Assembly: GCA_045126595.1 (NCBI GenBank)
Contig: JBGVOS010000040.1
Location: 2,467-66,466 of the forward strand
From: Bacteroidaceae bacterium
Lineage (GTDB): Bacteria; Bacteroidota; Bacteroidia; Bacteroidales; Bacteroidaceae
Length of the DNA stretch: 64,000 nucleotides
Direction: 5' to 3'
A program made the position numbers and the translations under genes. Below, one piece after another: positions 38,404 to 45,837 of the stretch (positions are counted from its first letter, which is position 1; the number at the start of each line of letters is the position of its first letter). Below the pieces are notes generated by a model, which saw only the letters and a program-made list of their open reading frames with translations, was not told where the DNA came from and searched no databases.

Positions 38404-40800
38404 TTATGCTTTACGCCACAACCCCCTACGTTTGCGTTTTTTGTTGTTCCCGTAGCCATAGCCATAACCGTAACCATAGCCGTAGCCATAGCCGTAGCCA
38501 TAGCCATAGCCGTATTTACGTTTACGTGGATCACCGCCATTGAGAATCAAGGCCATATTGTTCAGTTTCTTACTGTCATAGAGGTTTTGCAGGTCGGGCA
38601 GCTGACGCTTGTCAAGTTTGCCAATACGTACCACAAACATCGTCAAGTCAGCAATGCGATTGGCGATACTTGCATCGGCCACGATTCCCACAGGCACACT
38701 ATCAGCAATGATATAGTCGTATCGTTTGCGCAATTCAGCAAACAGCATCTCCAGTCGGTCGCTCATCAGCAGTTCAGCCGGGTTCGGAGCCACTGTACCC
38801 GCTTGCACGATATCCACGCGTTCACACACATGGTCCGGATGTATGAGTTCGTCTACCGTCAGTGTCGGGTCGGCAAGGTAATTGGTTACGCCCAATTTCC
38901 CTCTTCGTCCATGTCCCGTAAGCGTACCCTTACGCAAGTCGAGGTCCACCATGCACACCTTCTTGTTGGCAAATATCAAGCTCATCGCCAGATTACGGGT
39001 GATAAACGTTTTACCCGCACTCTCATTGAACGAGGTGAGCGTGATAACCTTCATCTTCGGGTCACCCTTAATCATAAAGGCCATGTTCGTACGCAAGATA
39101 CGGAACGCCTCCGAGAGCATGTCGGTACCCTCTTCCCGCACCACAATCGGTGTTTTGTGCTTCTTGTTGGCCTTCACCGTCTCGGTATCTACGGGAATCT
39201 CGCCCAAGAAAGGCATATTCACCTCATTCTCTATATCCTTATAATTATGTACGCGTGTGTCAAGGAAGAGTATCATGAGGAAGATAACCGCCGGTATGGC
39301 GATACCCACCAGGATACCCACCAGGATAATACGATTGCGCGAGGGGGCTATGGGCGACATGCTACCCTCGGCACTGTCGATAATCCACGCATTGTCATTC
39401 ACCATCGCCTGCGACAAGGCATTCTCTTCGCGTTTGTTGAGCAAGAACATGTACAGGCTCTCCTTGATCTTCTGCTGACGCTCGATAGAGAGCATCTGCT
39501 TCTGCTTGGTAGGTATGCTCTGCACGCGGGTTTGTGCCGCGTTCTCCCTTCTTTGCGCCTCATCCAGTCTCACATCCAGGCTCACGATCATATTGTCCAC
39601 CGCACTGATGATGCTCTGTCTCATCGCCTTCAACGAACCGTTCAACTCCTCCACGATAGGGTTGCGCTCGCTGCTCTCATCCAACAGCTTGTCGCGTTTC
39701 AGCTTCGTCGTGTTGTACTGCATGATCTGGCTCTCGATATTCATATCGCTGATGCCCGTGTTGGCCGGTATCAGGTCGGCGCTCTTCGAGTTATCCGTCA
39801 GGTACTCCTTGATGTATCGTGCCACCTGCAGTTGCGTCTTGGTCTCCATCACCTCTGAGCTGTACTTTTGCGACTCGCTCGAGTACTGTCCTGCCGCAGA
39901 GCTCAGGTCGATGATCTGGTTCTCCTTCTTGAAGCTGACGATTTCGTCCTCCACGCCACCAAGTTCCTTCTCAATCACCGCCAGACGTCCATTGATAAAG
40001 TCGGTGGTATTCTGCACCATCAGGTTCTTGTCGTCTACCGCCTGGTCGTTATACACCACCACCATGGTGTTCAAGATATTCTGTGCACGCAGTGCATTGT
40101 TATCCTTCAATGCCAACTTCAGGATAGAGCCCTCCTCAGACTCCTGACGGATACCGACAGCCGCTCTATAGCGGTCGGCCACCCATTCGAGGGGTATCTT
40201 CTCCACCTTTACAGCCTCGCCATACCACGACTCCCCATAGTGTGCCGTAGGTGCAATCACCACCTTCTGCCCATGCAGTGTAATGGTATCGTTCACCTTG
40301 AGGGTATACACTTGCGTATCCTCCGCTCCCGCCAGATGCGACACCTCGATGGTATTCTCATCGACCGGAGTGACGGTGAATGTAGCGTAGCTGTTCTGCA
40401 TCGCCTCGGGGAAGGCCACGCTGACAGGCGAGTTGGTATACAGTTCAATCCAGCGGAACTTAATCTTCGTCAGGTAGTTGACGTTCGCCTTGGTACGACG
40501 CACCGTCTCGCGCATCAACTTCTTGGAGCGGAACTGCAGGATCTCGTTCGTCACGTTCACCTTGTTCACCAAGTTGTCATAGCGGTCAAATCCAGCCGAA
40601 TAGGTATTCTTATTGGCGGGGTCCTTGATGATTACCGTAGCCGACTGGTAATAGGTAAACGGAGTATGCGCATACTTCAAGTAGGCATATCCTCCGCACA
40701 ACATCACCGACAACACAAACCACGGCCACTTCGAGAGAAGATAAAAGAACAGGTCCAAGATATTCAATCCCTGTTCCCTATTGTTGTTCGCCTTATTCAT
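38404..40800 (-). CDS. Polysaccharide co-polymerase / BY-type tyrosine autokinase (Wzc/GumC-like) with (YG)11 C-terminal tyrosine cluster
   Basis: 798-aa ORF with Wzz-type N-terminal TM and periplasmic coiled regions. It has Walker A SFNESAGKTF, Walker A'/B (VDLDLRKG, IIADSVP) and a C-terminal YGYG... tail followed by a basic tail. Confidence 0.9.
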   Translation of the reverse strand: MNKANNNREQGLNILDLFFYLLSKWPWFVLSVMLCGGYAYLKYAHTPFTYYQSATVIIKDPANKNTYSAGFDRYDNLVNKVNVTNEILQFRSKKLMRETVRRTKANVNYLTKIKFRWIELYTNSPVSVAFPEAMQNSYATFTVTPVDENTIEVSHLAGAEDTQVYTLKVNDTITLHGQKVVIAPTAHYGESWYGEAVKVEKIPLEWVADRYRAAVGIRQESEEGSILKLALKDNNALRAQNILNTMVVVYNDQAVDDKNLMVQNTTDFINGRLAVIEKELGGVEDEIVSFKKENQIIDLSSAAGQYSSESQKYSSEVMETKTQLQVARYIKEYLTDNSKSADLIPANTGISDMNIESQIMQYNTTKLKRDKLLDESSERNPIVEELNGSLKAMRQSIISAVDNMIVSLDVRLDEAQRRENAAQTRVQSIPTKQKQMLSIERQQKIKESLYMFLLNKREENALSQAMVNDNAWIIDSAEGSMSPIAPSRNRIILVGILVGIAIPAVIFLMILFLDTRVHNYKDIENEVNMPFLGEIPVDTETVKANKKHKTPIVVREEGTDMLSEAFRILRTNMAFMIKGDPKMKVITLTSFNESAGKTFITRNLAMSLIFANKKVCMVDLDLRKGTLTGHGRRGKLGVTNYLADPTLTVDELIHPDHVCERVDIVQAGTVAPNPAELLMSDRLEMLFAELRKRYDYIIADSVPVGIVADASIANRIADLTMFVVRIGKLDKRQLPDLQNLYDSKKLNNMALILNGGDPRKRKYGYGYGYGYGYGYGYGYGYGYGNNKKRKRRGLWRKA
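38449..38514 (-). repeat. Hexanucleotide microsatellite (GCCRTA)11 encoding (YG)11 of the tyrosine kinase tail
   Basis: Counted directly: cccgta gccata gccata accgta accata gccgta gccata gccgta gccata gccata gccgta. Confidence 0.9.
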
Positions 40801-40898
40801 TGCGTATTATTATTTCGTTTTTGTTATTAAAGGTTATGAAGGAGAATTAAGGTCAGTCAAAGCATTTCACCCACCAATTTCACTTGGTCCATCGTTAA

Positions 40899-41702
40899 TC
40901 ACTTCAACTGATTCATCCACCACATCATCGAGGTCACAGTTGATGCCACACTGAGCATCAATGTACCATATTGCAGTATCCTATCTTCCGAATCTTTCTT
41001 CTTGAACTTAGGTTCTACATAGACGATATCGTTCTGCTGCAGGTAGAAGCAGGGCGATTCAAACAGGTCCTTGCTACGCAGGTCATGGAAGAACACCTGT
41101 CTCGTCTCTCCCATCTCACGTATCACGGCCACCCGATTGATGGCAGCATTGGGAGCCAAGTCCCCCGCATTAGCAATCGCCTCCAGCAGTGTTACCCGGT
41201 CTCCATCGGCCGTCTTCACACCATTACTACCCACAGCACCCAACACTGTATACTTGAAGTTCATGATATCCACCATCACCAGGGGATTGTTGATATACCC
41301 TCCATCGATGATTCGATTCTTTATCAAGTCTGTCACTTCGCTGATCGTGAGTCCCTCCACATGCAGTGTACCCAGCATGGGGAAGTCGATATTCCCCTCA
41401 ATATCCACTCGGTATCCCTTCTCCTTCATGCTCGGAGCCGATGTCGACACTCTGCCATCTTCACCCACATTGTATGCACCAGCCTGGATATTGAAGGGAA
41501 CCGCCAACTCCGGGTTCTTGCTCGACACTACGATGCTCAACTTATCGTCACGATGCACCACGGGGTCATGCTTCTGCTCGATAGGATAGAACTGTCCCAT
41601 CTCCATATCTTGCAGATAGACAAACTTTTTGCGTGAAGCACATGATGACATTGCCATCACCGCTACCAGCATCAGCAGTATATTCTTCGTCTTGTTTTTC
41701 AT
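40899..41702 (-). CDS. Polysaccharide export outer-membrane lipoprotein (Wza family)
   Basis: Lipobox MSSCAS, a Poly_export-type N-domain (...KLSIVVSS.NPEL..PFN) and an SLBB-like region. Confidence 0.88.
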   Translation of the reverse strand: MKNKTKNILLMLVAVMAMSSCASRKKFVYLQDMEMGQFYPIEQKHDPVVHRDDKLSIVVSSKNPELAVPFNIQAGAYNVGEDGRVSTSAPSMKEKGYRVDIEGNIDFPMLGTLHVEGLTISEVTDLIKNRIIDGGYINNPLVMVDIMNFKYTVLGAVGSNGVKTADGDRVTLLEAIANAGDLAPNAAINRVAVIREMGETRQVFFHDLRSKDLFESPCFYLQQNDIVYVEPKFKKKDSEDRILQYGTLMLSVASTVTSMMWWMNQLK

Positions 41703-41745
41703 CTCGTTACAATTACTATTTATATAAATACAGTATACGAATTTG

Positions 41746-41753
41746 CAAAATTA
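41746..41753 (-). promoter_or_regulatory. -7 promoter box upstream of wza (internal promoter for wza-wzc)
   Basis: ttgCAAAATTAgtg, 44 nt from the start. Confidence 0.5.
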
Positions 41754-41840
41754 GTGTTTTTTAGCGAAATATCTGTTTTTTATAGTAAAAAAGATGAAAG
41801 TTTAACATTGAATGATTAATGGTTAACGATTAACGAAGAC

Positions 41841-41905
41841 TCTAAACACTAAACACTAAACCCTAAACACTAAACACTAAACACTAAACACTAAACACTA
41901 AACCC
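41841..41905. repeat. Heptamer array (CTAAACA/CTAAACC)~9
   Basis: ctaaacactaaacactaaaccctaaacactaaacactaaacactaaacactaaacactaaaccc. It contains the stop codon and last codons of the HprK-like gene. Confidence 0.9.
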
Positions 41906-42760
41906 ATTTCCACAAACCACCACCGCTTCCCTATCGGGCCGGCATGCCATCTTCCCTATCGTCACATGCTCGGCGAGCCAGATGAGTTTGTCACATAGGG
42001 CAGCATATAGTCGCTTGTCCTGTTTGATTACGGCACACCCGGGTACCAATGCGATGAATGCCTCCACTCCAGTTAACGTATGGAACTGGTTTACAGGCGC
42101 CTGCTCCAGTCGCACGACACCTCCTATCGGATAGCACACATCCTTATAGCAGGGTGTCTTGCCACTCCAGGGCGAGCCATACACGTATGCCCTCCCCTCC
42201 TTGACTCGCAGGATAGGGTTATCATCGTTAATATGTTCGGTTCCCGCGATATGCTGCAGCCATAGCGCCGCATGCGTACTCTTTCCCGTTCCGCTCTTGC
42301 CGAGAAACAGGTATCCCTTCCCTTTATATGCTACCGCCGAGGCATGTATACCTATTCCCTCCCGATGCAATATCGCCTGAGAGAATACGATGCGCAGCAT
42401 CGAGCACAACATCTGCCCCACGTAAGGGTCTTCCCACTGCATCGCCGCCTTCACGTAGCTGAACTCCCTATCGGCTATCAGCGTATGGGTCAGTGGCGCC
42501 AGTTCATGATGCGCCTCTATACAATAGCCATGCTCCGTACTCCACACCTTCACACACCCCATATCGTTCACCGACTCGTCGAGCAACACCGCTCCCTCGC
42601 CACGCTCTACGGCCGTTGCCGTAGCATCGAATCGGAAGAGAAGAGATCCGTCACTCTCGCCACAATATACAAAGCCACGGAACGAAGGCAACAACTCTCC
42701 CTCGTCCATGCCTTGTGGCAGTACCACATCGAATCGATAATCAGCGACTTTGTAGTTCAT
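41891..42760 (-). CDS. HprK-related (HPr kinase C-terminal-like) P-loop kinase
   Basis: 289-aa ORF with the P-loop LFLGKSGTGKSTHAAL in the HprK C-domain context. It belongs to a cassette with PqqD-like and nucleotidyltransferase genes. The last 6 codons and the stop lie in a heptamer array. Confidence 0.7.
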   Translation of the reverse strand: MNYKVADYRFDVVLPQGMDEGELLPSFRGFVYCGESDGSLLFRFDATATAVERGEGAVLLDESVNDMGCVKVWSTEHGYCIEAHHELAPLTHTLIADREFSYVKAAMQWEDPYVGQMLCSMLRIVFSQAILHREGIGIHASAVAYKGKGYLFLGKSGTGKSTHAALWLQHIAGTEHINDDNPILRVKEGRAYVYGSPWSGKTPCYKDVCYPIGGVVRLEQAPVNQFHTLTGVEAFIALVPGCAVIKQDKRLYAALCDKLIWLAEHVTIGKMACRPDREAVVVCGNGFSV

Positions 42761-42816
42761 AGAAGGGATGAAGGGTTACAGGGGGAAGGGTTACGGGTTA
42801 CAGGGGGAAGGGAACT
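42761..42816. repeat. G-rich degenerate array (GAAGGGTTACRGG)
   Basis: agaagggatgaagggttacagggggaagggttacgggttacagggggaagggaac, immediately upstream of the HprK-like start codon. Confidence 0.8.
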
Positions 42817-42825
42817 TCCGCATTC

Positions 42826-43088
42826 GTGTCATCTCGAGAGCATCGAGAGATCTCGCAAAGTTCGTGTCAGTGAGTCCAAAGTAACTTTTGCAGCGAATGT
42901 AGCCGAACTAAATGCAAGGCACTAAAAGGAGTTGGTGTTTTCATAGCCCCAGCGCGGGAGAAGTGCTAAAGCACACTCCTCAGGGGAGATAAACCTCCCT
43001 TTGTCGTCAATGCGGAGCGCTCGGCTAGTCCGAGAACCGACGCTATCATACCGCGTCGGCGGTGCTCCGCTTTGTCGAGATGACAGAC
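42826..43088. repeat. Long (263-bp) member of the same family with terminal inverted repeats GTGTCATCTCGAG / TCGAGATGACAGAC and a structured insert
   Basis: The left end gtgtcatctcgagagcatcgagagatctcgcaaag is nearly identical to the left end of the copy at 60029. The right end is ctttgtcgagatgacagac. It lies between the HprK-like and NTase genes. Confidence 0.7.
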
Positions 43089-43108
43089 TGTCCCTTAATC
43101 CCATAACG

Positions 43109-43150
43109 CTACACACTAAACTCTAAACACTACACACTACACACTACACA
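43109..43150. repeat. Heptamer array (CTAAACT/CTACACA)
   Basis: ctacacactaaactctaaacactacacactacacactacaca. It overlaps the NTase stop codon. Confidence 0.85.
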
Positions 43151-44217
43151 TTCCCAACAGCCAACCGAAGCACCATCCACCAAGCCTCCTTGCGTGCATA
43201 TCGCCATGCAAAGCCCCTTCTGCGCCAGAAGGCCAGCAACGTCTGCCCCTTGCGTCGCCATCCACGCAGCTCGGTGTTATGTTGTGCCTGATGTTGACCG
43301 AAGTTACCTCCTTCGCCAATGATGGTCTCCAAGGGAGCTGTATCCTCTTTATCGAGGTCAGCATAAGGCTGCAAATTCTCGGGGAGCCCGATATATTTCA
43401 CCAGATAGGCATGCAGCAATCGGCTCCACCGCTCCATGCCCGCCTCGGCATACACCTCGCGCAACTGCGCAAGCTTGATCTTATCTTGTACTTTATAATA
43501 GGTACGCGCGATATCACACAACTGACGAAGCCCCACCCCTGCCCCTACGGCATGCTTCATGATATGTGCGTTCTGCATCAGCAGGTTGAGGGTCGGCATA
43601 GGCACCCTCATCGCAGGACGTCCCGTGTCATCGTCTTCGAGCTGTTCGCCCCTCCATATGATGGTCAGGTCATCGGCATAGCGTTTCTTGGACGGTGTAG
43701 CGATATCCACCATCACAGCATGGTGCTCGATGGCCACTCCCTGGAATGTATAACACAGGCTACCGTCGGCATGTACCTCACAGGCCATGCCCGCTGCCCG
43801 CACGACCTCTGCCGCCTTCTTCCTCTCCTCGACGTAGAAGTACAGGTCAATGTCGCCACACTCCCTGCATAGTGGTGCCTCATACATCGCAGCCACCCCC
43901 TGCCCCTTCATCACGATGGGATGCAGGCCACGCTGCTCAAGCCGTTGCAGCAATGCCGCCAGTGCCGCATTCGCCTGTCGGTTGTTCCGCTCTATGCGGT
44001 CGACCTCGGCCACCCAGGGGAGCAGTATCTGCATCGGGGGCATCAGCGCCTCGGGCAACAGACCGATACCTCGATATACAGTTCCCGTCACCGTCTGCCT
44101 GCGCGCCTCCTTGAGCAGTTGGGTCCACTCCTCGTCACTGAGCGGAAATAGCGCCAGCTCCTCTATGGGCTGCTCCCATAGTCCTGCTCTCAATAATATA
44201 AATAGAGCCGTCTCCAC
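43144..44217 (-). CDS. Uncharacterised nucleotidyltransferase family protein (pol-beta-fold; NTP_transf_5-like)
   Basis: 357-aa ORF with ...MKGQGVA..Y..P..RECGDIDLYF, a GDxD-type NTase motif. Its architecture is that of the NTase found beside PqqD/HprK-like genes. Confidence 0.65.
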   Translation of the reverse strand: METALFILLRAGLWEQPIEELALFPLSDEEWTQLLKEARRQTVTGTVYRGIGLLPEALMPPMQILLPWVAEVDRIERNNRQANAALAALLQRLEQRGLHPIVMKGQGVAAMYEAPLCRECGDIDLYFYVEERKKAAEVVRAAGMACEVHADGSLCYTFQGVAIEHHAVMVDIATPSKKRYADDLTIIWRGEQLEDDDTGRPAMRVPMPTLNLLMQNAHIMKHAVGAGVGLRQLCDIARTYYKVQDKIKLAQLREVYAEAGMERWSRLLHAYLVKYIGLPENLQPYADLDKEDTAPLETIIGEGGNFGQHQAQHNTELRGWRRKGQTLLAFWRRRGFAWRYARKEAWWMVLRLAVGNV

Positions 44218-44221
44218 TCTT

Positions 44222-44249
44222 CCGTTAACCGCTAACCGTTAACCGTTAG
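44222..44249. repeat. Heptamer array (CCGTTAA/CCGCTAA)x4
   Basis: ccgttaaccgctaaccgttaaccgttag. It encodes the PqqD C-terminus GLTVNG* on the minus strand. Confidence 0.85.
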
Positions 44250-44504
44250 CCCAAACTCTCTCCACTCCTCTAACATTACCGCCACATCGTGGACAGCCTG
44301 TTCGCGTGCCACGTCATACTCCTCGCACAGGTAGTCCACCATCTCCCCGTCCGTGAACTCGCGTCCCTCGAAGGCCTGCCACAGCGTCGCTGCCGTCTCG
44401 TTCAGGGTATATACGTCCACCATATTTACCTGTTCGGTGTCGGCATCCACGATCATATAGTTGCTGCCCATCTTGCGCAGCATCAAATTCTCTTTCAGTT
44501 TCAT
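44232..44504 (-). CDS. PqqD-family (RRE-type peptide-binding) small protein
   Basis: 90-aa ORF: ...YTLNETAATLWQAFEGREFTDGEMVDYLCEEYDVAREQAVHDVAVMLEEWREFGL, the PqqD-like winged-helix pattern. Confidence 0.75.
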   Translation of the reverse strand: MKLKENLMLRKMGSNYMIVDADTEQVNMVDVYTLNETAATLWQAFEGREFTDGEMVDYLCEEYDVAREQAVHDVAVMLEEWREFGLTVNG

Positions 44505-44513
44505 ATCTATTAA

Positions 44514-44633
44514 GTGTGTAGGGTGTAGAGTGTAGGGTGTAGGGTGTAGAGTTTAGGGTGTAGAGTAGCTCCGCGATGTAATTCCTCCGGATAACAGCAC
44601 TAAACTCTAAACTTTAAACACTAAACTCTAAAC
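44514..44633. repeat. Inverted pair of heptamer half-arrays (GTGTAGG/GTTTAGG ... spacer ... CTAAACT)
   Basis: G-arm at 44514-44567, 30-nt spacer, C-arm at 44598-44633. It fills the gap between the GT4 stop and the PqqD start. Confidence 0.85.
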
Positions 44634-45733
44634 TTTTTATATATCTCCAATGCCCCCGCTATCATCCGTTCCTTGACGAAAAGCTTCTCGTAGCGCAGTC
44701 GTGCTCCCGTGGCATACACCTCGTAGGCATCGCGATCCTTGGTGATGGCCAGTATGGCCTCGGCTATCTCCTTGGCCTCTTCGGGCGTCACGTTGAGTCC
44801 CGATATGCCATGCTCGTTCACCCACGACGTGCCGCTCCCCGGTATGCGTGTCGCTATCACCGGCCTGCCACAGCTCATCGCCTCTATCTGTACGATGCCG
44901 AAGGCCTCGGTCTTCTGCACCGAGGAGAGCACAAACAATTCGCTCGCCGTGTAGTAGGCCGGCAGCTCCTCGTCCTTGACAAACCCGAGGAGCTTCACCT
45001 TCTCCTCCAGGTGCAGCTTCTCAATCAGCGCCTGATGCTCCTCTCTCAAGGGTCCCGTACCTCCTATCACGATCACATAGTCGTCGGGGAGGTATTGGGC
45101 TGCCTCTATCAAGTATTTATATCCTTTATAGTGCACCAGTCGTCCCAGCGAGAACACCATCTTACGTCCGCGATACACCTCGCGCAGCCGCTGTGCCCCC
45201 TCGATGTCGGCGGGCATCTCGTCCACGCCGATGGGCAGGTATGTCACCTTGTGCTGCACCTCGCGCAGGTCCTCCGACTCCTTCACGTAGATGGGCGTGG
45301 TTCCCACGATCAGGTCGGCACGGCGGATGAGCCACTTCTGGAACGGACGGTACAACTCCATCAACCGTTTCTGTCGTATGATATCGCTGTGCCAGTGCAA
45401 CACCACCTTACCGCGGTATCCCGAGAAGAAGAGCGCCATGCACGCCATCGGGTCGGGGTGATGCACATGGATGATGTCATACTTGTTACATATCCTCCAC
45501 AGCGTCGTTATCATCGACGGAGCGATCATTGTGCCTGCTACCTCCATCCAGGTGTGGCAGCACATCAGCTTCGCCCGTTCCCCTACCGTGAGGGTACTTC
45601 CCTTTCCCTTGACCGATGCACACAGCATATCACATTCTATGCCCTGCTTGTCGAGTCCTTCCATCAGGTCATACTCCACCTTCTCTACTCCACCCTTGAT
45701 GGGATAGAATTTACCTAATTGTAGTATTTTCAT
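44621..45733 (-). CDS. Glycosyltransferase family 4
   Basis: 370-aa ORF with a GT-B fold and the EAFGIVQIEAMSCGRPVIAT (E-X7-E) motif. Confidence 0.88.
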   Translation of the reverse strand: MKILQLGKFYPIKGGVEKVEYDLMEGLDKQGIECDMLCASVKGKGSTLTVGERAKLMCCHTWMEVAGTMIAPSMITTLWRICNKYDIIHVHHPDPMACMALFFSGYRGKVVLHWHSDIIRQKRLMELYRPFQKWLIRRADLIVGTTPIYVKESEDLREVQHKVTYLPIGVDEMPADIEGAQRLREVYRGRKMVFSLGRLVHYKGYKYLIEAAQYLPDDYVIVIGGTGPLREEHQALIEKLHLEEKVKLLGFVKDEELPAYYTASELFVLSSVQKTEAFGIVQIEAMSCGRPVIATRIPGSGTSWVNEHGISGLNVTPEEAKEIAEAILAITKDRDAYEVYATGARLRYEKLFVKERMIAGALEIYKKFRV

Positions 45734-45743
45734 TCTTGTAATG

Positions 45744-45837
45744 TTGAAGGGTTAAAGGTAAGAGGTTAAGGGTGAAGGGTGAATGAATAACCGCTAATCC
45801 GCTAACCGCTAACCACTAACCTGTAACCTTTAACCGT
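45744..45837. repeat. Inverted pair of half-arrays (GGTTAAG/GGTGAAG then CCGCTAA/CCTTTAA)
   Basis: gttgaagggttaaaggtaagaggttaagggtgaagggtgaatg | aataaccgctaatccgctaaccgctaaccactaacctgtaacctttaaccg. The outer ends (gggttaaaggt / acctttaaccg) are nearly complementary (10 of 11 positions). Confidence 0.85.

Noticed and set aside
38386-40830. Long plus-strand ORFs (490 aa, 320 aa and others) antisense to the Wzc-type kinase gene
   Set aside because: The minus-strand frame has complete Wzz/BY-kinase motifs. The antisense ORFs are His/Arg/Leu-rich shadow frames typical of GC-skewed codon usage.
42990-43075. tRNA-like cloverleaf fragment inside the 263-bp repeat element
   Set aside because: It has only three stems with wrong stem and loop lengths (7-bp stem with 9-nt loop), no T-arm (GTTCRANYC) and no acceptor/CCA context. 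It is not a tRNA. No tRNA or rRNA gene was found anywhere in the window.
42922-43116. 64-aa minus-strand ORF between the NTase and HprK-like genes, considered as a possible RiPP precursor for the PqqD/kinase cassette
   Set aside because: It lies entirely within the 263-bp MITE copy and a heptamer array. Other copies of the repeat family carry no equivalent ORF, and it has no leader/core-like features. It cannot be fully excluded without homologue comparison.
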